DNA of 64,000 nucleotides from the NCBI GenBank assembly GCA_964016885.1, contig OZ024740.1:4836001-4900000 (forward strand). The letters are read 5' to 3'. The position numbers and the translations under genes were made by a program. Shown in pieces: positions 26,431 to 40,200 of the stretch; within the stretch, counting starts at the first letter, position 1; the number at the start of each line of letters is the position of its first letter. The notes beneath the pieces were generated by a model. The model saw only the letters and a list, made by a program, of their open reading frames with translations. It ran no database searches and was not told the DNA's origin. Origin of the DNA: Eledone cirrhosa. Taxonomy: Eukaryota.

Positions 26431-29400
26431 TGGAGGTGGTAGTAGTGGTATGGTGTGGTGGTGATAGTGGTGGTGGTGGTGTGGTGGTGGTGTGGTGGTG
26501 ATAGTGGTGGTGGTGTGGTCGTGTGGTGGTGATAGGGGTCGTGGTGGTGTGGTGGTGGTGTGGTGGTGGTGGTGTGTGGTGGTGTGGTGGTGGCGGTGTG
26601 GTGGTGGTGTGGTCGTGGTGGTGTGGTGGTGGTGGTGGCGGTGTGGTGGTGGTGAGGTCGTGGCGGTGTGGTGGTGGTGGTGGTGGTGGTGGTGGTGGTG
26701 GCGGTGTGGTGGTGATAGTGGTGATGATGGTTTGGTGGTGTGGTGGTGATAGTGGTGGTGGTGGTGTGCTGATGGTGTGGTGGTGATAGTGGTGGTGGTG
26801 TGGTCGTGTGGTGGTGATAGTGGTCGTGGTGGTGTGGTGGTGGTGTGGTGCTGGTGGTGTGTGGTGGTGTGGTGGTGGCGGTGTGGTGGTGGTGTGGTCG
26901 TGGTGGTGTGGTGGTGGTGGTGGTGTGGTGGTGATAGTGGTGGTGATGGTTTGGTGGTGTGGTGGTGATAGTGGTGGTGGTGGTGGTGTGGTGGTGGTGT
27001 GGTGGTGGCGGTGTGGTGGTGGTGTGGTGGTGTTGGGGTGGTGGTGTGGTGGTGATAGTGGTGGTGGTGTGGTGGTGGTGGTGATAGTGGTGGTGTGGTG
27101 GTTGTGGTGTGGTGTTCGTGCGGTGGTGGTGATGGTGGGGGTAGTGGTGGTGGTGTGGTGGTGGTGGTGGTCGTAGTGGTGGTGGTGGTGTTGTGGTGGT
27201 GGTGGTGTGGTGGTGGTGTGGTGGTGGTGTGGTGGTGGAAGTGGTGGTGGTGGTGGTGGAGGTGGTGGTGTGGTGGTGTTGGTGTAGGTGGTTGTTCGGT
27301 GGTGGTGTGATGGTGGTGGTATGGTGGTGGTGCGTTGGTGGTGGCGATGGTGGTGTGATGGTGGTCTGGTGGTGGTGGTGTGGTGGTGGTGTGGTGGTCG
27401 TAGTGGTGGTGGTGGTGGTGGTGTGGTGGTGGTGGTGTTGGTGTGGTGGTGGTGGTGGTATTGGTGTGGTGGAGATAGTGGTGGTGGTGATGTGGTGGTG
27501 GTGATGTGGTGGTGGTGTGGTGGTGGTGGTGTGGTGTTGGTGTGGTGGTGGTGGTGGAGGTGGTGGTGTGGTTCTGGAGGTGGTGGTGTGGTCGTGGTGT
27601 GGTTCTGGAGCTGGTGTTGTGGTGGTGGTGTGGTAGTGGTGGTGTGGTGGTGGTGTGGTGGTGGTGGTGTGATGGTGGTGTGGTGGTGGTGGTGTGGTGG
27701 TGGTGTGGTGGTGTTGGGGTGGTGGTGTGGTGGTGATAGTGGTGGTGGTGGTGTGGTGGTGTGGTGGTGATAGTGGTGGTGGTGGTGTGGTGGTGTGGTG
27801 GTGATAGTGGTGATGATGGTTTGGTGGTGTGGTGGTGATAGTGGTGGTGGTGGTGTGCTGATGGTGTGGTGGTGATAGTGGTGGTGGTGTGGTCGTGTGG
27901 TGGTGATAGTGGTCGTGGTGGTGTGGTGGTGGTGTGGTGGTGGTGGTGTGTGGTGGTGTGGTGGTGGCGGTGTGGTGGTGGTGTGGTCGTGGTGGTGTGG
28001 TGGTGGTGGTGGTGTGGTGGTGATAGTGGTGGTGATGGTTTGGTGGTGTGGTGGTGATAGTGGTGGTGGTGGTGGTGTGGTGGTGGTGTGGTGGTGGCGG
28101 TGTGGTGGTGGTGTGGTGGTGTTGGGGTGGTGGTGTGGTGGTGATAGTGGTGGTGGTGTGGTGGTGGTGGTGATAGTGGTGGTGTGGTGGTTGTGGTGTG
28201 GTGTTCGTGCGGTGGTGGTGATGGTGGGGGTAGTGGTGGTGGTGTGGTGGTGATAGTGGTGGTGATGGTTTGGTGGTGTGGTGGTGATAGTGGTGGTGGT
28301 GGTGGTGTGGTGGTGGTGTGGTGGTGGCGGTGTGGTGGTGGTGTGGTGGTGTTGGGGTGGTGGTGTGGTGGTGATAGTGGTGGTGGTGTGGTGGTGGTGG
28401 TGATAGTGGTGGTGTGGTGGTTGTGGTGTGGTGTTCGTGCGGTGGTGGTGATGGTGGGGGTAGTGGTGGTGGTGTGGTGGTGGTGGTGGTCGTAGTGGTG
28501 GTGGTGGTGTTGTGGTGGTGGTGGTGTGGTGGTGGTGTGGTGGTGGTGTGGTGGTGGAAGTGGTGGTGGTGGTGGTGGAGGTGGTGGTGTGGTGGTGTTG
28601 GTGGAGGTGGTTGTTCGGTGGTGGTGTGATGGTGGTGGTATGGTGGTGGTGCGTTGGTGGTGGCGATGGTGGTGTGATGGTGGTCTGGTGGTGGTGGTGT
28701 GGTGGTGGTGTGGTGGTCGTAGTGGTGGTGGTGGTGGTGGTGTGGTGGTGGTGGTGTTGGTGTGGTGGTGGTGGTGGTATAGATGTGGTGGAGATAGTGG
28801 TGGTGGTGATGTGGTGGTGGTGATGTGGTGGTGGTGTGGTGGTGGTGGTGTGGTGTTGGTGTGGTGGTGGTGGTGGAGGTGGTGGTGTGGTTCTGGAGGT
28901 GGTGGTGTGGTCGTGGTGTGGTTCTGGAGCTGGTGTTGTGGTGGTGGTGTGGTAGTGGTGGTGTGGTGGTGGTGTGGTGGTGGTGGTGTGATGGTGGTGT
29001 GGTGGTGGTGGTGTGGTGGTGGTGTGGTGGTGTTGGGGTGGTGGTGTGGTGGTGATAGTGGTGGTGGTGGTGTGGTGGTGTGGTGGTGATAGTGGTGGTG
29101 GTGGTGTGGTGGTGTGGTGGTGGTGTGGTGGTGGTGTTGTGTTCATGTGGTGGTGGTGGTGGTGGGGGTAGTGGTGGGGGTGGTGTGGTGGGTGTGTGAT
29201 GGTCGTAGTGGTGGTGGTGGTGTTGTGGTGGTGGTGGTGTGGTGGTGGTAGTGGTGGTGGTGTGGTGTTGGTGTGGTAGTGGAAGTGGTGGTGGTGGAGG
29301 TGGGGTGGTGTGGTGGTGTTGGTGGAAGTGGTGGTGTGGTGGTGGTGTGATGGTGGTGGTATGGTGGTGGTGCGTTGGTGGTGGCGGTGGTGGTGTGATG

Positions 29401-30447
29401 GTGGTCTGGTGTTGGTGGTGTGGTGGTGGTGTGGTGGTGGTGGTGGTGGTGGTATGATGGTGGTAATGGTGGTGGTGGTGGTAGTGTGGTGGTGGTGTAG
29501 TGGTGGTGTGGTGGTGTTGGTGTGGTGGTGTGTGGGGGTAGTGTGGGGGGTAGGGGGGTAGGGGGTGGTGTGGTGGTGATAGTGGTGGTGGTGATGTGGT
29601 TGTGGTGTGGTGGTGTTGGTGTGGTGATGGTGGTGGTGGTGGTGTGGTGGGTGTGTGATGGTCGTAGTGGTGGTGGTGGTGTTGTGGTGGTGGTTGTGTG
29701 GTGGTGGTAGTGGTGGTGGTGTGGTGTTGGTGTGGTGGTGGAAGTGGTGGTGGTGGTGGTGAAGGTGGGGTGGTGTGGTGGTGTTGGTGGAAGTGGTGGT
29801 GTGGTGGTGGTGTGATGGTGGTGGTATGGTGGTGGTGCGTTGGTGGTGGCGGTGGTGGTGTGATGGTGGTGTGGTGTTGGTGGTGTGGTGTTGGTGTGGT
29901 GGTGGTGGTGGTGGTGGTGGTATGATGGTGGTAATGGTGGTGGTGGTGGTAGTGTGGTGGTGGTGTAGTGGTGGTGTGGTGGTGGTGGTGTGGTGGTGGT
30001 GGTGGGGGTGGGGGTGGTGGGGGGTGGTGTGGTACTGGTGGTGTGGTGGTGGTGTGGTGGTGGTGGTATTGGTGTGGTGGTGATAGTGGTGGTGGTGATG
30101 TGGTGGTGGTGTGGTGGTGTTGGTGTGGTGGTGGTGGTGGTGGTGATGTGGTGGTGGTGTGGTAGTGGTGGTGTGGTGGTGGTGTGGTGGTGGTTGTGGT
30201 GGTGGCATTGGTGTGGTGGTGATAGTGGTGTTGATAGTGGTGTTGATAGTGGTGTTGATGGTGGTGTGGGGGTGGTGTGGTAGTGGTGATAGTGGTGATG
30301 TGATGTGGTGGTGGTGTGGTGGTGTTGGTGTGGTGGTGGTGGTGGTGGTGATGTGGTGGTGGTGTGGTAGTGGTGGTGTGGTGGTGGTGTGGTGGTGGTT
30401 GTGGTGTTGGTGGTGGTGTGGTGGTATTATGGTGGTGGTGGTGGTGT
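26431..30447. repeat. G-rich cryptic (GGT)n/(GT) array, ~4 kb, with nested duplications
   Basis: ggt triplets interrupted by gt, gatagt and ggtcgt. Duplicated marker motifs lie at offsets 1089, 230 and 1319 bp. Confidence 0.98.
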
Positions 30448-30479
30448 CTATAGATGTGGTGATAGTTGTTTAGTGAAAC

Positions 30480-30848
30480 ATCTGACAGATCTTCCAGCAG
30501 ATCAAAGAATCTTGATAGTTGCAACCATCATGCTTTTTATTCAGACATAGTCTTTCTAGGACTACACCAACCAACCTGTCCTTCCATTTTTAGCATGCTA
30601 GGTGGGATTTGTGTGATATTTCGTTATTATTTCTGATAGTTCATTGGACCAAGTAGAAGTCTAATCTGTTTGTTAATTTTTTTCTTTAGTCTCAGATTAA
30701 CCCTGATCCAGCAGACATATCAAGGGATATCCATCCATGGCCATCCTGTCATTTTCTTTTAGTAATGGTTCATCTGGGACTAGCAATATTTTTATTCAAA
30801 GAGATTGGCTGCTATTTCTAACAGGTTGAGAAGCCTTATAGAGGCTTT
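30480..30848. repeat. Two possible highly diverged tandem copies of a dispersed repeat
   Basis: Motifs occur in the same order in 30480-30662 and 30693-30848: tccagcaga, ccatc.tg, tct(a/g)ggacta, tatttct, taga(a/g)g. Similarity is weak and judged by eye. Confidence 0.3.
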
Positions 30849-30911
30849 AGTGTTTAGTTCAACGTTAATCAAACAAACCCATGGTTGAACACATTTCAGT
30901 TGTAGCTGTAT

Positions 30912-31059
30912 GTTCTGAGTTCAAATCCCACCAAGGTTCACTTTGCCTTTCACCCTTACGGGGTTGATATAATAAAGTACCAGTAAGACACTGAGGTTGA
31001 TTTAATCAACTTTCACTTTCAAAATTTGTTTGTCTTGTGTGAAAGTAAAAAACCATTAT
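30912..31059 (+). mobile_element. tRNA-derived SINE (5'-degenerate copy), same family as 61895-62074 and 63485-63665
   Basis: B-box-like gagttcaaatccc, then the core ctttgcctttcacccttacggggttgatataataaagtaccagta shared with the other two copies. The core resembles the MetaSINE-type conserved domain (from memory). Confidence 0.8.
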
Positions 31060-31229
31060 CAGCAGCAAGGTGTAACTGAAGACTGTGTCAATGGATTCAC
31101 TTCTACCATAATTCTGATAACGGCAGCTGTTCACTCACTTCAGATATAATTGTTCCTTTCGCTCTTAACATCCAAAAGAATTCAAGAAAATTTCTAAAAA
31201 TTCCAAAGGGTCTTTGGAGTAGTTGTATG

Positions 31230-34200
31230 CATAGCTGGGAGGTCAGTCACTCCAGGTAGAGTCAATACATAGCTGGGAGGTCAGTCACTCCAGGTAGAGT
31301 CAATACATAGCTGGGAGGTCAGTCACTCCAGGTAGAGTCAATACATAGCTGGGAGGTCAGTCACTCCAGGTAGAGTCACTACATAGCTGGGAGGTCAGTC
31401 ACTCCAGGTAGAGTCAATACATAGCTGGGAGGTCAGTCACTCCAGGTAGAGTCAATACATAGCTGGGAGGTCAGTCACTCCAGGTAGAGTCAATACATAG
31501 CTGGGAGGTTAGTCACTCCAGGTAGAGTCAATACATAGCTGGGAGGTCAGTCACTCCAGGTAGAGTCAATACATAGCTGGGAGGTCAGTCACTCCAGGTA
31601 GAGTCAATACATAGCTGGGAGGTCAGTCACTCCAGGTAGAGTCACTACAGAGCTGGGAGGTCAGTCACTCCAGGTAGAGTCACTATATAGCTGGGAGGTC
31701 AGTCACTCCAGGTGGAGCCACTACATAGCTGGGAGGTCAGTCACTCCGGGTAGAGCCACTGCATAGCTGGGAGGTCAGTCACTCCAGGTAGAGCCACTAC
31801 ATAGCTGGGAGGTCAGTCACTCCAGGTAGAGCCACTGCATACCTGGGAGGTCAGTCACTCCAGGTAGAGTCACTACATACCTGGGAGGTCAGTCACTCCA
31901 GGTAGAGCCACTGCATACCTGGGAGGTCAGTCACTCCAGATAGAGTCACTACATACCTGGGAGGTCAGTCACTCCAGGTAGAGCCACTGCATACCTGGGA
32001 GGTCAGTCACTCCAGGTAGAGCCACTGCATACCTGGGAGGTCAGTCACTCCAGGTAGAGTCACTACATAGCTGGGAGGTCAGTCACTCCAGGTAGAGCCA
32101 CTGCATACCTGGGAGGTCAGTCACTCCAGGTAGAGTCACTACATAGCTGGGAGGTCAGTCACTCCAGGTAGAGTCACTACATAGCTGGGAGGTCAGTCAC
32201 TCCAGGTAGAGCCACTGCATACCTGGGAGGTCAGTCACTCCAGGTAGAGTCACTACAGAGCTGGGAGGTCAGTCACTCCAGGTAGAGTCACTATATAGCT
32301 GGGAGGTCAGTCACTCCAGGTGGAGCCACTACATAGCTGGGAGGTCAGTCACTCCGGGTAGAGCCACTGCATAGCTGGGAGGTCAGTCACTCCAGGTAGA
32401 GCCACTACATAGCTGGGAGGTCAGTCACTCCGGGTAGAGTCACTACATAGCTGGGAGGTCAGTCACTCCAGGTAGAGCCACTACATAGCTGGGAGGTCAG
32501 TCACTCCAGGTAGAGTCACTACATAGCTGGGAGGTCAGTCACTCCAGATAGAGTCACTACATAGCTGGGAGGTCAGTCACTCCAGGTAGAGTCACTACAT
32601 AGCTGGGAGGTCAGTCACTCCAGGTAGAGCCACTGCATACCTGGGAGGTCAGTCACTCCAGGTAGAGTCACTGCATAGCTGGGAGGTCACTCCCTCCAGG
32701 TAGAGTCACTACATAACTGGGAGGTCAGTCACTCCAGGTAGAGCCACTACATAGCTGGGAGGTCAGTCACTCCAGGTAGAGTCACTACATAGCTGGGAGG
32801 TCAGTCACTCCAGATAGAGTCACTACATAGCTGGGAGGTCAGTCACTCCAGGTAGAGTCACTACATAGCTGGGAGGTCAGTCACTCCAGGTAGAGCCACT
32901 ACATAGCTGTGAGGTCAATCACTCCAGGTAGAGCCACTACATAGCTGGGAGGTCAGAGAGTCACTTCAGGTAGAGCCACTACATAGCTGGGAGGTCAGTC
33001 ACTCCAGGTAGAGTCACTACATAACTGGGAGGTCAGTCACTCCAGGTAGAGCCACTACAGAGCTGAGAGGTCAATCACTCCAGGTGGAGCCACTACAGAG
33101 CTGAGAGGTCAGTCACTCCAGGTGGAGCCACTACATAGCTGGAAGGTCAGTCACTCCAGGTAGAATCACTGCATAGCTGGGTGGTCAGTCACTCCAGGTA
33201 GAGTCACTACATAACTGGGAGGTCAGTCACTCCAGGTATAGTCACTGCATAGCTGGGAGGTCAGTCACTCCAGGTAGAGTCACTACATAACTGGGAGGTC
33301 AGTCACTACATAGCTGGGAGGTCAGTCACTCCAGGTAGAGCCACTACATAGCTGGGAGGTCAGTCACTACATAGCTGGGAGGTCAGTCACTCCAGGTAGA
33401 GTCACTACATAGCTGGGAGGTCAGTCACTCCAGGTAGAATCACTGCATAGCTGGGAGGTCAGTCACTCCAGGTAGAGTCACTACATAGCTGGGAGGTCAG
33501 TCACTCCAGGTAGAGTCACTACATAGCTGGGAGGTCAGTCACTCCAGGTAGAGTCACTACATAGCTGGGAGGTCAGTCACTCCAGGTAGAGTCACTACAT
33601 AGCTGGGAGGTCAGTCACTCCAGGTAGAGTCACTACATAGCTGGGAGGTCAGTCACTCCAGGTAGAGTCACTACATAGCTGGGAGGTCAGTCACTCCAGG
33701 TAGAGCCACTGCATACCTGGGAGGTCAGTCACTCCAGGTAGAGTCACTACATAGCTGGGAGGTCAGTCACTCCAGATAGAGTCACTACATAGCTGGGAGG
33801 TCAGTCACTCCAGGTAGAGCCACTACATAGCTGGGAGGTCAGTCACTCCAGATAGAGTCACTACATATCTGGGGGGTCAGTCACTCCAGGTAGAGTCAAT
33901 ACATAGCTGGGAGGTCAGTCACTCCAGGTAGAGCCACTGCATAGCTGGGAGGTCAGTCACTCCAGGTAGAGTCACTACATAGCTGGGAGGTCAGTCACTC
34001 CAGGTAGAGTCACTACATAGCTGGGAGGTCAGTCACTCCAGGTATAGTCACTACATAGCTGGGAGGTCAGAGAGTCACTCCAGGTAGAGCCACTACATAG
34101 CTGGAAGGTCAGTCACTCCAGATAGAGTCACTACATAGCTGGGGTTTCAGTCACTCCAGGTAGAGTCACTACATAGCTGCGAGGTCAGTCACTCCAGGTA

Positions 34201-37200
34201 GAGTCACTACAGAGCTGGAAGGTCAGTCACTCCAGGTAGAGCCACTACATAGCTGCGAGGTCAGTCACTCCTGGTAGAGTCACTACATAGCTCGGAGGTC
34301 AGTCACTCCAGGCAGAGCCACTGCATAGCTGGGAGGTCAGTCACTCCAGGTAGAGTCACTACATAGCTCGGAGGTCAGTCACTCCAGGCAGAGCCACTAC
34401 ATAGCTGCGAGGTCAGTCACTCCTGGTAGAGTCACTACATAGCTCGGAGGTCAGTCACTCCAGGCAGAGCCACTGCATAGCTGAGAGGTCAGTCACTTCA
34501 GGTAGATTCACGGCATAGCTGGGAGGTCAGTCACTCCAGGTAGAGTCACTACAGAGCTGGGAGGTCAGTCACTCCGGGTAGAGCCACTGCATAGCTGGGA
34601 GGTCAGTCACTCCAGGTAGACTCACTACATAGCTGGGAGGTCAGTCACTCCAGGTAGAGCCACTACATAGCTGGGAGGTCAGTCACTCCAGGTAGAGCCA
34701 CTGCATAGCTAGGAGGTCAGTCACTCCAGGTAGAGCAACTGCATAGCTGGGAGGTCAGTCACTCCAGGTAGAGTCACTACATAGCTGGGAGGTCAGAGAG
34801 TCACTCCAGGTAGAGCCACTAGAGAGGTGGAAGGTCAGTCACTCCAGATAGAGTCACTACATAGCTCGGAGGTCAGTCACTCCAGGCAGAGCCACTGCAT
34901 AGCTGGGAGGTCAGTCACTCCAGGTAGAGTCACTACAGAGCTGGGAGGTCAGTCACTCCAGGTAGAGTCACTACAGAGCTGGGAGGTCAGTCACTCCGGG
35001 TAGAGCCACTGCATAGCTGGGAGGTCAGTCACTCCAGGTAGACTCACTACATAGCTGGGAGGTCAGTCACTCCAGGTAGAGCCACTGCATAGCTGGGAGG
35101 TCAGTCACTCCAGGTAGAGTCACTACATAGCTGGGGGGTCAGTCACTCCAGGTAGAACCACTACATAGCTGGGAGGTCAGTCACTCCAGGTAGAGTCACT
35201 ACATAGCTGGGAGGTCAGTCACTCCAGGTAGAACACTACAAAGCTGGGAGGTCAGTCACTCCAGGTAGAGTTACTACATAGCTGGGAGGTCAGTCACTCC
35301 AGGTAGAACACTACATAGCTGGGAGGTCAGTCACTCCAGGTAGAGTCACTACATAGCTGGGAGGTCAGTCACAACATAGCTGGGAGGTCAGTCTCTCCAG
35401 GAAGAGTCACAACATAGCTAGGAGGTCAGTCACTACATAGCTGGGAGGTCAGTCACTCCAGGTAGAGCCACTACATAGCTGGGAGGTCAGTCACTCCAGG
35501 TAGAACACTACATAGCTGGGAGGTCAGTCACTCCAGGTAGAGTCACTACATAGCTGGGAGGTCAGTCACTCCAGGTAGAGCCACTACATAGCTGGGAGGT
35601 CAGTCACTCCAGGTAGAGCCACTACATAGCTGGGAGGTCAGTCACTCAAGGTAGAGCCACTACATAGCTGGGAGGTCAGTCACTCCAGGTAGAGTCACTA
35701 CATAGCTGGGAGGTCAGTCACTCCAGGTAGAGTCAATACATAGCTGGGGGGGTCAGAGAGTCACTTAAGATAGAACCACTACATAGCTGCGAGGTCAGAG
35801 TGTCACTCCAGGTAGAACACTGCATAGCTAGGAGGTCTGTCACTCCAGGTAGAGTCACTGCATAGCTGGGAGGTCAGTCACTCCAGGTAGAGCCACTACA
35901 TAGCTGGGAGGTCAATCACTCCAGGTAGAGACTGCATAGCTGGGAGGTCAGTCACTCCAGGTAGAGTCACTACATAGCTGGGAGATCAGTCACTCCAGGT
36001 AGAGTCACTACATAGCTGGGAGGTCAGTCACTCCAGGTAGAGCCACTACATAGCTGGGAGGTCAGTCACTCCAGATAGAGTCACTACATATCTGGGGGGT
36101 CAGTCACTCCAGGAACAGTCACTACATAGCTGGGAGGTCAGTCACTCCAGGTAGAACCACTGCATAGCTGGGAGGTCAGTCACTCCAGGTAGAGCCACTA
36201 CATAGCTGGGAGGTCAGTCACTCCAGGTAGAGTCACTACATAGCTGGGAGGTCAGTCACTCCAGGTAGAGCCACTGCATAGCTGGGAGGTCAGTCACTCC
36301 AGCTAGAGCCACTACATAGCTGGGAGGTCAGTCACGCCAGGTAGAGTCACTACATAGCTGGGAGGTCAGTCACTCCAGGTAGAGCCACTGCATAGCTGGG
36401 AGGTCAGTCACTCCAGATAGAGTCACTACATAGCTGGGAGGTCAGTCACTCCAGGTAGAGCCACTACATAGCTTGGAGGTCAGTCACTCCAGATAGAGTT
36501 ACTACATATCTGGGGGGTCAGTCACTCCAGGTAGAGTCACTACATAGCTGGGAGGTCAGTCACTCCAGGTAGAGCCACTGCATAGCTGGGAGGTCAGTCA
36601 CTCCAGGTAGAGCCACTACATAGCTGGGAGGTCAGTCACTCCAGGTAGAGCCACTGCATAGCTGGGAGGTCAGTCACTCCAGGTAGAGTCACTACATAGC
36701 TGGGAGTTCAGTCACTCCAGGTAGAATCACTGCATAGCTGGGAGGTCAGTCACTCCAGGTAGAGTCACTACATAGCTGGGAGGTCAGTCACTCCAGGTAG
36801 AGTCACTACATAGCTGGGAGGTCAGTCACTCCAGGTAGAGTCACTACATAGCTGGGAGGTCAGTCACTCCAGGTAGAGTCACTACATAGCTGGGAGGTCA
36901 GTCACTCCAGGTAGAGTCACTACATAGCTGGGAGGTCAGTCACTCCAGGTAGAGTCACTACATAGCTCGGAGGTCAGTCACTCCAGGCAGAGCCACTACA
37001 TAGCTGCGAGGTCAGTCACTCCTGGTAGAGTCACTACATAGCTCGGAGGTCAGTCACTCCAGGCAGAGCCACTGCATAGCTGAGAGGTCAGTCACTCCAG
37101 GTAGATTCACGGCATAGCTGGGAGGTCAGTCACTCCAGGTAGAGTCACTACAGAGCTGGGAGGTCAGTCACTCCGGGTAGAGCCACTGCATAGCTGGGAG

Positions 37201-40200
37201 GTCAGTCACTCCAGGTAGACTCACTACATAGCTGGGAGGTCAGTCACTCCAGGTAGAGCCACTGCATAGCTGGGAGATCAGTCACTCCAGGTAGAGTCAC
37301 TACATAGCTGGGGGGTCAGTCACTCAAGGTAGAACCACTACATTGCTGGGAGGTCAGTCACTCCAGGTAGAGTCACTACATAGCTGGGAGGTCAGTCACT
37401 CCAGGTAGAACACTACATAGCTGGGAGGTCAGTCACTCCAGGTAGAGTCACTACATAGCTGGGAGGTCAGTCACAACATAGCTGGGATGTCAGTCTCTCC
37501 AGGAAGAGTCACTACATAGCTAGGAGTTCAGTCACTACATAGCTGGGAGGTCAGTCACTCCAGGTAGAGCCACTACATAGCTGGGAGGTCAGTCACTCCA
37601 GGTAGAGCCACTACATAACTGGGAGGTCACTCACTCCAGGTAGAGTCACTAAATAGCTGGGAAGTCAGTCACTCCAGGTAGAGCCACTATATAGCTGGGA
37701 GGTCAGTCACTCCATGTAGAGCCACTACATAGCTGGGAGGTCAGTCACTCAAGGTAGAGCCACTACATAGCTGGGAGGTCAGTCACTCCAGGTAGAGTCA
37801 CTACATAGCTGGGAGGTCAGTCACTCCAGGTAGAGTCAATACATAGCTGGGGGGGTCAGAGAGTCGCTTAAGATAGAACCACTACATAGCTGGGAGGTCA
37901 GTCACTCAAGGTAGAGTCACTACATAGCTGGGAGGTCAGTCACTCCAGGTAGAGCCACTACAGAGCTGAGAGGTCAGTCACTCCAGGTGGAGCCACTACA
38001 TAGCTGGAAGGTCAGTCACTCCAGATAGAATCACTGCATAGCTGGGAGGTCAGTCACTCCAGGTAGAGTCACTACATAGCTGGGAGTTCAGTCATTCCAG
38101 GTAGAGCCACTACATAGCTGGGAGGTCAGAGAGTCACTCCAGGTAGAGCCACTACACAGCTGGGGGGTCAGTCACTCCAGGTAGAGTCACTACATAGCTG
38201 GGAGGTCAGTCACTCCAGGTAGAGCCACTACATAGCTGGGAGGTCAGAGTGTCACTCCAGGTAGAGTCACTACATAACTGGGAGGTCAGTCACTCCAGGT
38301 AGAGTCACTACATAGCTGGGAGGTCAGAGAGTCAATCCAGGTATTGCCACTGCATAGCTGGGAGGTCAGTCACTCCAGGTAGAGCCACTGCATAGCTGGG
38401 AGGTCAGTCACTACATAGCTGGGAGGTCAGTCACTCCAGGTAGAGCCACTACATAGCTGGGAGGTCAGTCACTCCAGGTAGAGTCACTACATAGCTGGGA
38501 GGTCAGTCACTCCAGGTAGAGCCACTGCATAGCTGGGAGGTCAGTCACTCCAGGTAGAGCCACTACATAGCTGGGAGGTCAGTCACGCCAGGTAGAGTCA
38601 CTACATAGCTGGGAGGTCAGTCACTCCAGGTAGAGCCACTGCATAGCTGGGAGGTCAGTCACTCCAGATAGAGTCACTACATAGCTGGGAGGTCAGTCAC
38701 TCCAGGTAGAGCCACTACATAGCTTGGAGGTCAGTCACTCCAGATCGAGTCACTACATATCTGGGGGGTCAGTCACTCCAGGTAGAGTCACTACATAGCT
38801 GGGAGGTCAGTCACTCCAGGTAGAGCCACTGCATAGCTGGGAGGTCAGTCACTCCAGGTAGAGCCACTACATAGCTGGGAGGTCAGTCACTCCAGGTAGA
38901 GCCACTGCATAGCTGGGAGGTCAGTCACTCCAGGTAGAGTCACTACATAGCTGGGAGGTCAGTCACTCCAGGTAGAATCACTGCATAGCTGGGAGGTCAG
39001 TCACTCCAGGTAGAGTCACTACATAGCTGGGAGGTCAGTCACTCCAGGTAGAGTCAATACATAGCTGGGAGGTCAGTCACTCCAGGTAGAGTCACTACAT
39101 AGCTGGGAGGTCAGTCACTTCAGGTAGAGTCACTACATAGCTGGGAGGTCAGTCACTCCAGGTAGAGTCACTACATAGCTGGGAGGTCAGTCACTCCAGG
39201 TAGAGTCACTACATAGCTGGGAGGTCAGTCACTCCAGGTAGAGCCACTGCATACCTGGGAGGTCAGTCACTCCAGGTAGAGTCACTACATAGCTGGGAGG
39301 TCAGTCACTCCAGATAGAGTCACTACATAGCTGGGCGGTCAGTCACTCCAGGTAGAGCCACTACATAGCTGGGAGGTCAGTCACTCCAGATAGAGTCACT
39401 ACATATCTGGGGGGTCAGTCACTCCAGGTAGAGTCACTACATAGCTGGGAGGTCAGTCACTCCAGGTAGAGCCACTGCATAGCTGGGAGGTCAGTCACTC
39501 CAGGTAGAGTCACTACATAGCTGGGAGGTCAGTCACTCCAGGTAGAGTCACTACATAGCTGGGAGTTCAGTCACTCCAGGTAGAGTCACTACATAGCTGG
39601 GAGGTCAGAGAGTCACTCCAGGTAGAGCCACTACATAGCTGGAAGGTCAGTCACTCCAGATAGAGTCACTACATAGCTGGGGGTTCAGTCACTCCAGGTA
39701 GAGTCACTACATAGCTGCGAGGTCAGTCACTCCAGGTAGAGTCACTACAGAGCTGGAAGGTCAGTCACTCCAGGTAGAGCCACTACATAGCTGCGAGGTC
39801 AGTCACTCCTGGTAGAGTCACTACATAGCTCGGAGGTCAATCACTCCAGGCAGAGCCACTGCATAGCTGGGAGGTCAGTCACTCCAGGTAGAGTCACTAC
39901 ATAGCTCGGAGGTCAGTCACTCCAGGCAGAGCCACTACATAGCTGCGAGGTCAGTCACTCCTGGCAGAGTCACTACATAGCTCGGAGGTCAGTCACTCCA
40001 GGCAGAGCCACTGCATAGCTGAGAGGTCAGTCACTCCAGGTAGATTCACGGCATAGCTGGGAGGTCAGTCACTCCAGGTAGAGTCACTACAGAGCTGGGA
40101 GGTCAGTCACTCCGGGTAGAGCCACTGCATAGCTGGGAGGTCAGTCACTCCAGGTAGACTCACTACATAGCTGGGAGGTCAGTCACTCCAGGTAGAGCCA

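Noticed and set aside
26387-30524. 1273-aa and 1375-aa His/Pro/Thr-rich ORFs on the minus strand and many V/W/G ORFs on plus
   Set aside because: Translation of (ACC)n-type sequence cannot give stops. Several frames are open at once and frequent 2-nt interruptions show no frame conservation.
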